Source: Thermodesulfobacteriota bacterium
GTDB lineage: Bacteria > Desulfobacterota > Binatia > Bin18
Direction: 5' to 3'
DNA: 64,000 bases
Assembly (NCBI GenBank): GCA_964291405.2
Contig: OZ219926.1
Location: forward strand, 1,056,001-1,120,000
In this document: positions 1 through 10,194 of the stretch, one piece after another
How the letters are laid out: each line of letters starts with the position of its first letter
How positions within the stretch are numbered: the stretch's first letter is position 1
Translations under genes and position numbers: made by a program
The notes under the pieces: model-generated
Told to the model about the DNA's origin: nothing
Database searches by the model: none
What the model saw: the letters and a program-made list of their open reading frames with translations, nothing else

Positions 1-33
1 TCCCTCTGAAACTCGTCTGATGGAGACACGCCA

Positions 34-363
34 GTGATTACTCTTACAAAAGACGCCAACGTCTATACGATGATCGTCCATTTTGAGATAGAGCCGGCAC
101 ACCAACAAGAACAAATCGATGCGATTGTGGAGTTTGTTGAATCCGTCGTGAAGCATCAGCCCGGATTTCTGTCTGCCACGCTGCACAAAAGCACAGATGG
201 CACCAGGATCGTCAATTACGCCCAGTGGGAAAGCAAGGCGGCCTGGCAGGCCGCGTTTGAAAGCCCGGCAGTCAAGGTCTACGCAAAAAACCCCTTTCAG
301 TATGCGAAACCAGATGGCCATGACTATGAGGTGTATCACGTCACAGATTGTACTGAGGGCTAG
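34..363 (+). CDS. Antibiotic biosynthesis monooxygenase (ABM) family protein
   Basis: 109 aa; QPGFLSATLHKSTDGTRIVNYAQWES is typical of the ABM fold; GGAG ribosome-binding site (RBS) before the GTG start. Confidence 0.8.
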   Translation: MITLTKDANVYTMIVHFEIEPAHQQEQIDAIVEFVESVVKHQPGFLSATLHKSTDGTRIVNYAQWESKAAWQAAFESPAVKVYAKNPFQYAKPDGHDYEVYHVTDCTEG

Positions 364-472
364 GAGACCATTCATGCCGGCATCTTTTTCTGGAGGCGGC
401 GTCCTCGACGGTGGATTCGGCAAATCCGGTCATGTGTTCAGCCAGTCCTCATGATGCTGATGACCGAAGGAA

Positions 473-501
473 TGGACCATGGTCTGATACCATGGTACGA
501 T
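473..501 (+). promoter_or_regulatory. Sigma70-like promoter with two palindromic operators for the first vapBC pair
   Basis: TGGACC(473-478)-N17-TACGAT(496-501); overlapping palindromes GACCATGGTC (475-484) and TACCATGGTA (488-497); ATG at 508 suggests a leaderless mRNA. Confidence 0.6.
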
Positions 502-507
502 TCGATT

Positions 508-768
508 ATGGAAGAAATTCAAATTTCGAAATTCAAGGCCACATGCTTGGCTGTCCTTGACCGTGTTGGCAGAACGGGACAGCCGGTCCTGATAACCCGT
601 TTCGGCAAGCCGGTCGCCGAGATCATCCCTCCGACAAAGGCTCCCTCCGACGCCTGGTTAGGCGCCATGCGGAGACGGGGCGCCATCATCGGCGACCTGG
701 TCGAGCCTGCCGCCGCGCCGGGCGACTGGGAGGTCTTGGTCGATATTCCTGGGAAGACAACCCCGTAA
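508..768 (+). CDS. Phd/YefM family antitoxin
   Basis: ISKFKATCLAVLDRV...PVLITRFGKPVAEI Phd motif; abuts a PIN toxin gene; start placed at ATG 508 rather than 451. Confidence 0.85.
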   Translation: MEEIQISKFKATCLAVLDRVGRTGQPVLITRFGKPVAEIIPPTKAPSDAWLGAMRRRGAIIGDLVEPAAAPGDWEVLVDIPGKTTP

Positions 769-1161
769 ATGTCGTTCCTTCTTGATACGCATATCTGGCT
801 CTGGAGTCTACTCGAACCGGACAGGCTCTCAACCACAGTGCGTCGCACCCTCACCGCGCGCGGAACGGCGCTACGCCTTGCGTCCATCAGCTTGTGGGAG
901 ACGCTGCTGCTGGCCGAGCGGGGTCGGCTCGTCCTGGAACCGGACGGGCCGAGATGGTTGCGCAAGGCAATGTCCGAAAGTCCGGTCTCAGAAATTCCCC
1001 TCACGATGGATGTGGTGCTGGTGAGCGCGTCCATCAACCTTCCGCATCGCGACCCCGCGGACCGTCTCATCGCCGCCACTGCAAAGACATTCGATCTAAC
1101 CCTTGTCACGGCGGACCAGCGCCTGATCGAGTGCCGGGATATCAATGTTCTTGCCGCGTGA
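769..1161 (+). CDS. vapC: VapC/PIN-domain toxin
   Basis: LLDTHIWLW, SLWE, HRDPADRLIAATA, LVTAD PIN acidic motifs. Confidence 0.9.
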   Translation: MSFLLDTHIWLWSLLEPDRLSTTVRRTLTARGTALRLASISLWETLLLAERGRLVLEPDGPRWLRKAMSESPVSEIPLTMDVVLVSASINLPHRDPADRLIAATAKTFDLTLVTADQRLIECRDINVLAA

Positions 1162-1302
1162 GCGGTGAATGCCGTTGGCAACCAGGAGAGAGGTATTCAA
1201 CTGACGGATTCCAAGATAGGTCCCCGGGTTTTGCCAAGGACCGAGAAAGTTCTTGTGGTGTCAAGCTCCAGTTCTCGGCGTAGCATAGATGGGCCGCTGC
1301 CA

Positions 1303-1345
1303 TGGACACCTTACCGCCACCCCCTATACTAGTTCACTAAACTAG
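1303..1345 (+). promoter_or_regulatory. Promoter and operator of the second vapBC pair
   Basis: TGGACA(1303-1308)-N16-TATACT(1325-1330); inverted repeat CTAGTT-N5-AACTAG (1329-1345). Confidence 0.55.
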
Positions 1346-1362
1346 ATTGATTGAGGGCAGCC

Positions 1363-1602
1363 ATGATTGAAGTTGGCACCTTTGAGGCAAAAACTCATTT
1401 GTCCGCCCTGCTCGAAAAAGTCAGCCAAGGGCAAGAAGTACTCATCACCAAACGGGGCGAGCCGATTGCGCGGCTGGTGCCGGCTCAACGGTCCGACCGG
1501 ACACAGGTCGCCGCTACCATTGACACCGTGTTTGAGTTTCGCAAAGGCATGAAGCTGGACGGTCTGGACTGGAAAGCTCTCCGCGATACGGGGCGCCGAT
1601 GA
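1363..1602 (+). CDS. Phd/YefM family antitoxin
   Basis: VGTFEAKTHLSALLEKV...EVLITKRGEPIARL; ATGA overlap with the toxin gene. Confidence 0.9.
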   Translation: MIEVGTFEAKTHLSALLEKVSQGQEVLITKRGEPIARLVPAQRSDRTQVAATIDTVFEFRKGMKLDGLDWKALRDTGRR

Positions 1603-2021
1603 GCACGTTTGTACTGGACTGCTCTGTCGCACTGGCGTGGTTGTTTCAAGATGAAGCCGGCCCCAACACAGATCAACTACTCAAGGAGCTACGGGATGAT
1701 GACAGGAACGCAGTCGTCCCTCATCTCTGGCGCCTGGAGCTCGGTAACGTTCTGGTGCAGGCGGAACGACACGGCAGGATAACAGCCGCACAGCTCACGA
1801 CCGCCCTGGAGCTTGTTCGCAACCTTCCCATTACCACCGATGCCGAGACCGACAGCCGAGCATTCAGAGAGATATTGAACCTCGCCCGTGCCACATCTCT
1901 CACAACCTCCGATGCCTCTTATCTGGAACTGGCTATGCGACATGGGCTTCCCTTAGCAACGCTGGACAAAGCCCTGATTCGGGCAGCCCGCAGCGTTGCC
2001 GTGAATACCGTACCGGCCTAG
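1599..2021 (+). CDS. vapC: VapC/PIN-domain toxin
   Basis: FVLDCSVALAW, LELGNVL, DASYLELA, LATLD. Confidence 0.9.
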   Translation: MSTFVLDCSVALAWLFQDEAGPNTDQLLKELRDDDRNAVVPHLWRLELGNVLVQAERHGRITAAQLTTALELVRNLPITTDAETDSRAFREILNLARATSLTTSDASYLELAMRHGLPLATLDKALIRAARSVAVNTVPA

Positions 2022-2033
2022 CTGGCAGTGCCC

Positions 2034-3155
2034 CTAATCCAGCGTATGCTGGGCCACGAGTTCACGATTCCAGGTCGCGTCACCAAAGGTCACCTCCGAG
2101 CCCTTGGCGCGCTTGAAGTAAATATGCATGTCGTGCTCCCAGGTAAAACCGATACCGCCGTGAACCTGTATGCCTTCGCTCGTCACCTGACGGTAGGCAT
2201 CGCTGCAATACGCCTTGGCCATCGCGGCGGCCAGCGCGGCATCGGGCGTCTCATTTGAGACGGCCCAGGCCGCGTAATACGTGGCCGACTTGGCTCCCTC
2301 GACCTGTACCAGCATATCGGCGCATTTATGCTGGATGGCCTGAAACGACCCGATCGGGCGGCCAAACTGCTCGCGCACCTTGGCGTATTCCACACTCATG
2401 TCCAGCACCTGTTGCGCGCCCCCACACATTTCGGCGCTCAGGGCCACTTTGCTCTGATTGATGACACGAGACAAAATATCCCAGCCCTGCCCGGGCGCTC
2501 CCAGCAGTGCGTCGGCACCGACGTGCACATTGTCCAGGGTCACTTCACACAGCTTCCGCGTCTGATCCATGGTCTTGAGCAGACGGGTTCCAAGGCCGGC
2601 CTGTTGACGGTCGAGCAGAAACAGCGCCACCCCTTCGGACGTGCGCGCGGCACAGATGATGTGATCGGCTACATGGGCGTCCGGCACAAATAATTTCACC
2701 CCGTTCAACACATACCCGCCGCCGTTCTGCTCTGCGCTGAGGTTGATGCCGGCCTCGTCCCAGCGGGCGTTTTCTTCGAGGCAGGCCAGGGTCAGCGTGG
2801 TCTGCCCGGACGCCATACCGGGCAGCAGGGCCTTTTTCTGTTCGTCGCTTCCGGCGGCCTGTACACACAGACCGCCCAGCGCCACGGTCGAAAAGAAGGG
2901 ACCGGGCAGAACGACCTTACCCATCTCTTCCAGCACCACGACCAGATCGACCATGGACAGCCCGGCCCCGCCGTATGCTTCCGGCACAATCAGCCCCATC
3001 CAGCCCAGCTCGGCCATCTTGTTCCAGACCTCGTCCGCATAGCCCCGCTCATCCTCCATCATTTGGCGGACATAGGACATGGGGCACTCGTTGCGTAAAA
3101 AGTCGGCGGCCGATTGACGCAGGAGATCCTGCTCTTCACTAAAACCGAAATCCAT
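2034..3155 (-). CDS. Acyl-CoA dehydrogenase
   Basis: MDFGFSEEQ start; REQFGRPIGSFQAIQHK and QVHGGIGFTWEH motifs. Confidence 0.92.
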   Translation of the reverse strand: MDFGFSEEQDLLRQSAADFLRNECPMSYVRQMMEDERGYADEVWNKMAELGWMGLIVPEAYGGAGLSMVDLVVVLEEMGKVVLPGPFFSTVALGGLCVQAAGSDEQKKALLPGMASGQTTLTLACLEENARWDEAGINLSAEQNGGGYVLNGVKLFVPDAHVADHIICAARTSEGVALFLLDRQQAGLGTRLLKTMDQTRKLCEVTLDNVHVGADALLGAPGQGWDILSRVINQSKVALSAEMCGGAQQVLDMSVEYAKVREQFGRPIGSFQAIQHKCADMLVQVEGAKSATYYAAWAVSNETPDAALAAAMAKAYCSDAYRQVTSEGIQVHGGIGFTWEHDMHIYFKRAKGSEVTFGDATWNRELVAQHTLD

Positions 3156-3224
3156 GACACCCCCACAAAAAAGAACGAGGACTGAGTATCTCCCAGTCCT
3201 CGCTATCACCCGTTACTATTTGCT

Positions 3225-4370
3225 TTAGCTATTGGCCAGAACGGTCACGCAGCCAACCGAACCCGGACCACCCAGGTTATGGGCCAAACCCACTTCCGCA
3301 TCTTTGACCTGTCGCTCACCGGCTTTACCCCATAAGTGCTGCGACACCTCGTAGATCATGCGAATACCGGTCGCGCCAATGGGATGCCCGAACGATTTCA
3401 GCCCACCCGAGGGGTTCACGGGAACCGCACCGCCGTCGATGTTCGCCCGGCCCTCGGCCACATAGCGCCAGCCCTCGCCTTTTTCGCACAGGCCGAGGTC
3501 TTCATAGTTCAGAATCTCGGTGATGGTGAAGCAGTCATGGCATTCAACCAGGTCAATATCCTTGGCCGTCATCCCGGCTTGCTCGTAGGCCGATTGGGCC
3601 GCCTGAGCCGTGGCGGGGAAGCCGGTGTAGGCGAAGCTCGGTTTCATATACGGCTCACCCGAGGTGACGGATAGGCCGATGCCTTTGACTTTTACCGGGT
3701 CCGGCCGGAGCGAGCGGGCCAGTTCTTCCTTGCAGATGATCACCGCCGCGGCCCCGTCCGTGGTCGGGCAGCAGTCCAGCAGACCGAGCGGGCTACAGAT
3801 CAGCGGCGCGTTGACGACCTGGTCTTCCGAGACTTCCATCCGAAAATGTGCCTTGGGGCTCATTGTCCCGTTGTGATGATTTTTGATGGCGACTTTGGCC
3901 AAGGCGGTCTTATCAATGCCATACGTTTCAAAGTAGCGGTTGGCCGCCATGGCAAACAGCGACGGGGCCGTCGTGCCATAGCCCACAACAGGATGGTCGC
4001 CAAACGTTCCCAGACCGCGCTGACCGGAGTCACGCAGCTTCTCAAAACCCAGCGCCAGGACCACATCGTACATGCCGGAGGCAACTGCCATGCACGCATT
4101 CCGAAACGCATCCATACCCGAGGCGCAGTAGTTTTCCACGCGGGTAATCGGGATATTGAAGAGCTTGAGCGGGTCGGCCAGGGCGTTACCGGCGCTGGCT
4201 GAGCTGAGCGTCCCGACCCAGGCGGCTTGAATCTGACTCGGATCGATGCGCGCGTCCGTATACGCGTCGAGCGCGGCCTCGACAATCATATCTTCGGCGC
4301 TCTTGTCGTAGTTTTCACCAAACTTGCTGCATCCAGCCCCAATCACCGCGACCTTGTCCCGAATATTCAT
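3225..4370 (-). CDS. Thiolase (SCP2/archaeal-type acetyl-CoA acetyltransferase)
   Basis: VENYCASG (catalytic Cys), ECHDCF, GHPIGATG, HNLGG. Confidence 0.9.
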   Translation of the reverse strand: MNIRDKVAVIGAGCSKFGENYDKSAEDMIVEAALDAYTDARIDPSQIQAAWVGTLSSASAGNALADPLKLFNIPITRVENYCASGMDAFRNACMAVASGMYDVVLALGFEKLRDSGQRGLGTFGDHPVVGYGTTAPSLFAMAANRYFETYGIDKTALAKVAIKNHHNGTMSPKAHFRMEVSEDQVVNAPLICSPLGLLDCCPTTDGAAAVIICKEELARSLRPDPVKVKGIGLSVTSGEPYMKPSFAYTGFPATAQAAQSAYEQAGMTAKDIDLVECHDCFTITEILNYEDLGLCEKGEGWRYVAEGRANIDGGAVPVNPSGGLKSFGHPIGATGIRMIYEVSQHLWGKAGERQVKDAEVGLAHNLGGPGSVGCVTVLANS

Positions 4371-4411
4371 ACTGCCTCCCTTCGAGGATGTTGTGTCTTG
4401 CCGATGTTCGC

Positions 4412-5812
4412 CTATTCTGCCGGTCGTGCCTTCCAGAAATAATTCTTGATCCCATAGCCTTCATGATATTTGCGAAATGTCAACTCGAGCGGCATGCCAA
4501 TTTCAACCCGATCCGCCTCACAATCCGTCAGCTGGACAAAGACGCGCCCGCCGCCCTCAAGATCAACCACGGCGTGTGTTGTTGGCGGGTCTGGCGTCTC
4601 GGTCAAATAGTCGTTCGTAAAGGTAAAGAGCCTCCCCCGCCGCGCTAGCTTGATCTCTTCCAGCCCGTCGCGATAGCCACATTCCGTACAGATGCGATGA
4701 ATGGGAAACTGAATGACGCCGCACGCCGGGCATTTGCCGCCGTACAGGGGCAGAATCTGCTTCTGGTCACGCAGCAGCACGACTGGCGTGGATTCGTCTT
4801 CCGTCGTGTAATCCTTCCGAATCAGCTTCCGAAAACGGGCGTATTTGCCGTAGGATTGCAGCGTCCGCTTGACCTCAATCTGCGAGTACACGCTCCGGGC
4901 CACCTGAAAACCGGCAATCCCGTCCGTGACCCGAAACAGCGCCGCATCACCCCCATCCCCATAGCCGGCAACCAGGATCAGATCGCCCGGCTTGGCCCGT
5001 TCAAGCACCGCGGCCAGCAGGACCAGCGGTTGGGCGGTCCCGGCGTCTCCAACCGTATTCCAAAATGTTTCCTGCACCTGGCTCTTCATATCGAATCCCA
5101 GGCTGCGCAGGGCGCTCTGCAGGGCTCTCTGGGTGGGGGCGGCAATCGCCGCGTTGGTAATATCCTTGGCTTCGAGATTGCATTTTTGCAGCAGACCCCG
5201 AACGGTTTCCGCAATAAAACGGTTATAGCCGAACTTGTTCTCAAATCCGCCGGGAAACGACTTGAGGTAGTCCTGCTCTTCGGTTCGCCAGGTCCCGATA
5301 AATTCCTGGCTGACCGTATGGGTGCCCACCAGCTCGGCGATGACGTTTTCCGAGCCAATGACCAGGGCCCCGCCGGCATCGCCGTAGTTCTGTTCTTGTA
5401 TAGTGTCCGGCTCCCCCATGCGCGCGTCGCCGGCACACACCAGGAAGAGTTCGCCTGCCTTGGCTAAATCCAAGGCGGTTAAGAGCGCCGAGGTGCCGGC
5501 GCGCAGCGAATCCGTAAAATCCATGGTCCGCAGCTCTTTCGCCGTATCCAGGACAGTGGCAACGGTGGCCGCGGCCTGCTTCTCCCGGTAGGGCGAGGTC
5601 GTTGAGGCGAAGAAGATCCCGGCGACCTCTTTCGGGTTGCGCTCGCCCAAGGCGTCTATACTCGCATTCATGGCCAGGGTCAGGCTGTCCTCATCAAAAC
5701 TGGCCAGGGCCCGCTCTCCGCCTAAGGACGGGGTGTCCCACTCTTTGGCGATCACATCGCGCGGGAGACGATAGGAAGGGATATACGATCCATACGAAAC
5801 AATGCCGACCAT
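4412..5812 (-). CDS. HMG-CoA-synthase-like domain fused to a C-terminal DUF35 (Zn-ribbon + OB fold)
   Basis: N-terminal GIVSYGSYIPSYRL and DEDSLT; C-terminal CPACG...CTECG ribbon and OB fold ending YFWKARP. Confidence 0.85.
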   Translation of the reverse strand: MVGIVSYGSYIPSYRLPRDVIAKEWDTPSLGGERALASFDEDSLTLAMNASIDALGERNPKEVAGIFFASTTSPYREKQAAATVATVLDTAKELRTMDFTDSLRAGTSALLTALDLAKAGELFLVCAGDARMGEPDTIQEQNYGDAGGALVIGSENVIAELVGTHTVSQEFIGTWRTEEQDYLKSFPGGFENKFGYNRFIAETVRGLLQKCNLEAKDITNAAIAAPTQRALQSALRSLGFDMKSQVQETFWNTVGDAGTAQPLVLLAAVLERAKPGDLILVAGYGDGGDAALFRVTDGIAGFQVARSVYSQIEVKRTLQSYGKYARFRKLIRKDYTTEDESTPVVLLRDQKQILPLYGGKCPACGVIQFPIHRICTECGYRDGLEEIKLARRGRLFTFTNDYLTETPDPPTTHAVVDLEGGGRVFVQLTDCEADRVEIGMPLELTFRKYHEGYGIKNYFWKARPAE

Positions 5813-5847
5813 AGTATTCAGCGCTCCGTTTTCTCGTGTGACGCGGC

Positions 5848-6642
5848 TTAATTGAGCCGGCTCTCCGGGATGCCCGCGCGGGTCATGCAGCCGTCAACCT
5901 GGAGGTTGACGCCGTTCACATATCCCCCCGCCTTTGAGGCCAGGAACACGCACGGCCAGGCCACTTCGAGACCCGTCCCAAAGCGATTCAGGGCGGTTGA
6001 GCCGGTGGCTTTGTCTTGCAGTTCCTTGGTTGGCCACAGGACTTCCTTGACCCCCGGGGTTTCGATCGGACCGGGCGAGATGCAGTTCACGCGAATGCCA
6101 TAGTCGGCCCACTCAATGGCCAGGGAGCGGGTCAAATTGATGATCCCCGCCTTTGCCGCCCCATAGTGCGACATCGTGGCCGAACCAAACACCCCGGCGT
6201 CCGACGAAATATTAATGATACTGCCGCCGGTCTTCTTTTCCATCATCACCAGGGCCGCGGCCTTGGAAAAGAGAAAGGTGCCGTTCAGATTGATAGCCAC
6301 AATGGCGCCGAACCCATTCGCCGAGATCTCGTGGGCGTTGGCCACAAAGCTCGCCCCGGCGTTATTGATCAAAATATCGACCCGACCCCAGTTCTGGACG
6401 GTTTTCTCGATCACCGCCTCGACCTGATCGTTTTTGCGCACATCGCACACGATAGCGTCAACTTCGCCGCCATCCTTTTTGATCCCTTCCGCAACCGGGC
6501 CCAGGTGGTCCATCGTCCGGCTGGTAATCATCACCGGAGCACCACGGCGGCAGAACTCAGCCGCGATTTCCGCCCCGATTCCGGTGCCGCCGCCGGTGAC
6601 AACAGTGACTTTTCCCGCAATATCAAACGCCGCGTCGGTCAT
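5848..6642 (-). CDS. SDR oxidoreductase (2,4-dienoyl-CoA-reductase-like)
   Basis: TGGGTGIG, NNAG, YGAAK, RVNCISPGPI. Confidence 0.9.
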   Translation of the reverse strand: MTDAAFDIAGKVTVVTGGGTGIGAEIAAEFCRRGAPVMITSRTMDHLGPVAEGIKKDGGEVDAIVCDVRKNDQVEAVIEKTVQNWGRVDILINNAGASFVANAHEISANGFGAIVAINLNGTFLFSKAAALVMMEKKTGGSIINISSDAGVFGSATMSHYGAAKAGIINLTRSLAIEWADYGIRVNCISPGPIETPGVKEVLWPTKELQDKATGSTALNRFGTGLEVAWPCVFLASKAGGYVNGVNLQVDGCMTRAGIPESRLN

Positions 6643-6669
6643 AGTCTTTTTTACTCCCCAGTGTACACC

Positions 6670-7728
6670 TTAGCCAAAAACGCGCAGCCAACTCTGGCCG
6701 CCGTCCGTCGTGCGTAAGATGGCTCCATATCCCCCCACAATCCAGCCATGGTCAGCATCGTAGAAATCAACCGCCCGCAGCCAGGTTGCGATGGGCATAC
6801 CAACACTCGTCGGTTGCCATTCTCCACTCTGAAGGCGCAGGACCCGACCAGCTCCGCCCACGATCCAGCCACCGTCGCCAGCGCCTATTAAATGCGGCGC
6901 GTATAACGGTTCCGTATCGAACAGGGCTCCATCGGCTTGCCCGATAAAGGTCCAGTGCTGGCCGGCATTGGCGGTTGTCGCAACCTTCCCCTCAAGTCCG
7001 ACAACTACCCCAGTGTTCGCATCGGAAAAGGAGATCCCGAAGAACGTAGGGAGGTTCAAGGCATCGCTGAATCCGGCCTGTCCGAGCAGGCTGTTCTGCT
7101 GCTCTCCCCAGTTCTGCCCGCCGTCCGTGGTATGGTAAATCTTGCCAAACTCGCCCACGATCCAGCCCGTATTTTCATCCAGAAACTGCACATCGTAGAA
7201 GATGGGGTCCACCAGGGCCAGGGTGGCATCCGCTCCGACTCCTTCGAGCGAGGGCTGGATATAGCCCGACTCCCAGGACTCTCCGCCGTTTGTGGTTTTC
7301 AGGTAGGTTGCCCGGTCGGCCGCGGCCCAGCCGTGGCGGGTATCGATAAAAGAAATCCCGAATATCGGATCGCTCAGTTGGCTGTCCTGCGGCTGCCAGG
7401 TCTCGCCCCCGTCCGTGGAGTGCAGCATGACGCCGTCCTGTCCACTGATCCAGCCATGCCGGTCGTCAGGAAACGCAATGCTGTACAGGGCGGCATTGGT
7501 CCCGCTGTCCTTGGCCTGCCAGCTTTGGCCGCCATCGGTGGTGAGGAGGATTTTCCCTGCATAGCCGACGACCACGGCTTTCTCGGCCGAGAGGGCTTCC
7601 ACATCAAAAAATTTATCCGTCAGCGCAATCAGATTGGTACTCAGCGGAACTTCCTCAACCGCGTCACGGCACGCTGAGAAGGCGCTCAGGATACAGACAA
7701 GGATGCACAGGAGAGGTATTCGTCGCAT
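6670..7728 (-). CDS. YCF48/BNR-repeat beta-propeller lipoprotein
   Basis: Signal peptide MRRIPLLCILVCILSAFSAC with lipobox; repeated T(T/S)DGGxxW Asp-boxes and GWIVG motifs. Confidence 0.85.
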   Translation of the reverse strand: MRRIPLLCILVCILSAFSACRDAVEEVPLSTNLIALTDKFFDVEALSAEKAVVVGYAGKILLTTDGGQSWQAKDSGTNAALYSIAFPDDRHGWISGQDGVMLHSTDGGETWQPQDSQLSDPIFGISFIDTRHGWAAADRATYLKTTNGGESWESGYIQPSLEGVGADATLALVDPIFYDVQFLDENTGWIVGEFGKIYHTTDGGQNWGEQQNSLLGQAGFSDALNLPTFFGISFSDANTGVVVGLEGKVATTANAGQHWTFIGQADGALFDTEPLYAPHLIGAGDGGWIVGGAGRVLRLQSGEWQPTSVGMPIATWLRAVDFYDADHGWIVGGYGAILRTTDGGQSWLRVFG

Positions 7729-7892
7729 ATCGGCCTGCTTCCGCTGGCTGAACCCACTGTCTACTCTCTTCCCCCACGCTTTGCAACGTGGCTGCGAGCG
7801 GCTGTCCGTTCCACCGCCCTTCCGATTGAGCTGGGATTTGGTATAATCCCGCGCGCAAGAAATCGGCACACCATGAGAGGTAAGGAGAGAAT

Positions 7893-10121
7893 ATGACCCT
7901 GGCAAAAATTACGTGGACCCAGATTGATGAAGCCCCGGCATTAGCAACCTTCGCGCTCCTCCCTATCATCCAGGCGTATACCAAAGGGTCGGGTATTGAG
8001 GTGGAAACCAGCGATATTTCCCTGGCTGGCAGAATCATCGCCAACTTTCCCGACAAGCTGACTGAGGAGCAAAAAATTCCCGACTGTCTGAGCCAACTCG
8101 GAGAGATGACGCAAACATCCCAGGCGAATATCGTCAAGCTGCCCAATATCAGCGCGACCATTCCCCAACTCAAAGACGCGATCAAAGAGTTGCAGGCCAA
8201 AGGCTACGATATCCCCGATTATCCGGAAGAGCCCCAAAACGACGCGGAGCGGGCGCTCCAGGCCCGTTTTGCCGTGGTCCTTGGCTCGGCCGTCAATCCG
8301 GTGCTGCGGGAAGGCAACTCCGACCGTAGGGCGGCCGCTTCGGTCAAAAAATTCTTTCAGAAGAATCCCCACAAGATGATGCAGCAGTGGCCGGAGAGCG
8401 GCTCCAAGGCCCGGGTGGCCCATATGCAGGGCAGGGATTTCTACGAGAGCGAAAAATCGACCACCCTGGAGGCCGCAACCCAGGCACGGATCGAATTTGT
8501 TGCCGGAGACGGCAGCGTGACCGTGCTGAAAGACGGTCTGGCCCTGCTTGAGGGCGAAGTTATTGATGCCTCGGTCATGAACGTTAAGTCCCTGCGCGCC
8601 TTCTATGCCGAGCAGATGGACGCGGCCAAGAACGACGGGGTGTTGCTGTCCTTGCACCTCAAATCGACCATGATGAAAGTCTCCGACCCCATCATGTTCG
8701 GCCACTGTGTGTCCGTCTATTTCCAGGACGCGCTCGATAAGCACGCCGAGGCGCTTAAAGAAATCGGGGCGAACGTCAACTACGGCCTGGCCGATGTGCT
8801 GGCCAAGCTCGACCGCCTGCCGGCCGAGAAAAAAGCTGAGATCGAAGCCGATATTGCCGCGGTGTATGAAAAGCGACCGGCGCTGGCAATGGTCAACGCC
8901 CGCCGCGGCATCACCAATTTGCACGTGCCGAATGACATCATCATCGACGCCTCCATGCCGAACGTGGTGCGTGACGGCGGCAGGATGTGGAATAAGAACG
9001 ACGAACTCCAAGACACTATCGCCATGGTGCCGGACCGCTGCTACGCGACCATGTATAAGGAAATTCTGGAAAACGCCAAGCAGCACGGGCAGTTCGACCC
9101 GGCAACCATGGGCAACGTCTCCAACGTCGGGTTGATGGCCCAGAAAGCCGAAGAGTACGGCTCGCACGACAAGACCTTTGAAGCCCCGGCTGACGGCACC
9201 ATACGCGTTGTGGATGCGGCCGGGACCACTCTGCTTGAGCAGTCTGTCGAAGTCGGCGATATCTTCAGAATGAGCCAGACCAAGGATGCCCCGATCCGCG
9301 ACTGGGTCCGCCTGGCGGTGTCACGCGCAAAGGCCTCCGGGTCACCGGCGATTTTCTGGCTGGACGAGAACCGCGGGCACGATACGCAAATCCTCAAGAA
9401 GCTCAATGCCTATCTGCCGGAGCACGACACCACGGGTCTGGACCTGCGCGTGATGAAACCGCAGGAGGCCATGCGCCTTTCCCTGGAACGGATCCGGAGA
9501 GGAGAAAACACGATTGCGGTGACGGGCAACGTCCTGCGTGACTATCTGACCGACCTGTTCCCGATTCTTGAGCTGGGCACCAGCGCCCGGATGCTGTCGA
9601 TCGTGCCGCTGATGAAAGGCGGCGGCCTGTTTGAGACCGGCGCGGGGGGCTCTGCTCCCAAGCATGTGCAGCAGTTCGTGCAAGAAGGGCACCTCAGATG
9701 GGATTCGCTTGGCGAATACTGTGCCCTGGTACCCTCGCTTGAGCTGATCGCGGCAAACACCAAGAATGAAAAAGCTGCGCTGTTTGCGGAGACGCTGGAT
9801 CAGGCCATCAGCACCTACCTGGAGAACTCGCGCTCTCCATCCCGTAAGGTGAACGAAATCGACAATCGGGGCAGCACCTTCTATCTGGCCCTATACTGGG
9901 CTCAGGCCCTGGCCGCCCAGACCAAAGATACAGCCATACAGGCCCGCTTTGCCGGGGTGGCAAAACAGCTCGAAGAGCAGGAAGCCACGATTACCGCAGA
10001 ACTGCTGGCCGCCCAAGGCGAGCCGGTCGATATCGGCGGCTATTACGTGCCCGACCCGGAAAAGACCAGCCAAGCCATGCGGCCCAGCGCGACCTTTAAC
10101 ACCATTATTGACGCGTTATAA
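7893..10121 (+). CDS. icd: Monomeric NADP-dependent isocitrate dehydrogenase
   Basis: 742 aa; [46 protein letters not shown]. Confidence 0.97.
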   Translation: MTLAKITWTQIDEAPALATFALLPIIQAYTKGSGIEVETSDISLAGRIIANFPDKLTEEQKIPDCLSQLGEMTQTSQANIVKLPNISATIPQLKDAIKELQAKGYDIPDYPEEPQNDAERALQARFAVVLGSAVNPVLREGNSDRRAAASVKKFFQKNPHKMMQQWPESGSKARVAHMQGRDFYESEKSTTLEAATQARIEFVAGDGSVTVLKDGLALLEGEVIDASVMNVKSLRAFYAEQMDAAKNDGVLLSLHLKSTMMKVSDPIMFGHCVSVYFQDALDKHAEALKEIGANVNYGLADVLAKLDRLPAEKKAEIEADIAAVYEKRPALAMVNARRGITNLHVPNDIIIDASMPNVVRDGGRMWNKNDELQDTIAMVPDRCYATMYKEILENAKQHGQFDPATMGNVSNVGLMAQKAEEYGSHDKTFEAPADGTIRVVDAAGTTLLEQSVEVGDIFRMSQTKDAPIRDWVRLAVSRAKASGSPAIFWLDENRGHDTQILKKLNAYLPEHDTTGLDLRVMKPQEAMRLSLERIRRGENTIAVTGNVLRDYLTDLFPILELGTSARMLSIVPLMKGGGLFETGAGGSAPKHVQQFVQEGHLRWDSLGEYCALVPSLELIAANTKNEKAALFAETLDQAISTYLENSRSPSRKVNEIDNRGSTFYLALYWAQALAAQTKDTAIQARFAGVAKQLEEQEATITAELLAAQGEPVDIGGYYVPDPEKTSQAMRPSATFNTIIDAL

Positions 10122-10194
10122 ACTCCAACTTGATCTGTTTATAGAAGACGGAAGGGGGGAGAACGTATGCCCCTCCTCCTCTACTAGCAGATTC

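Noticed and set aside
7941-9167. Long antisense ORFs (e.g. 408 aa opposite icd, 354 aa opposite speA, 320 aa opposite clpA)
   Set aside because: Typical shadow ORFs from high-GC codon bias opposite well-supported genes
10150-10182. Purine/pyrimidine hairpin between icd and sua5 as a bidirectional terminator
   Set aside because: The stem is imperfect and lacks a U-tract; too weak to call
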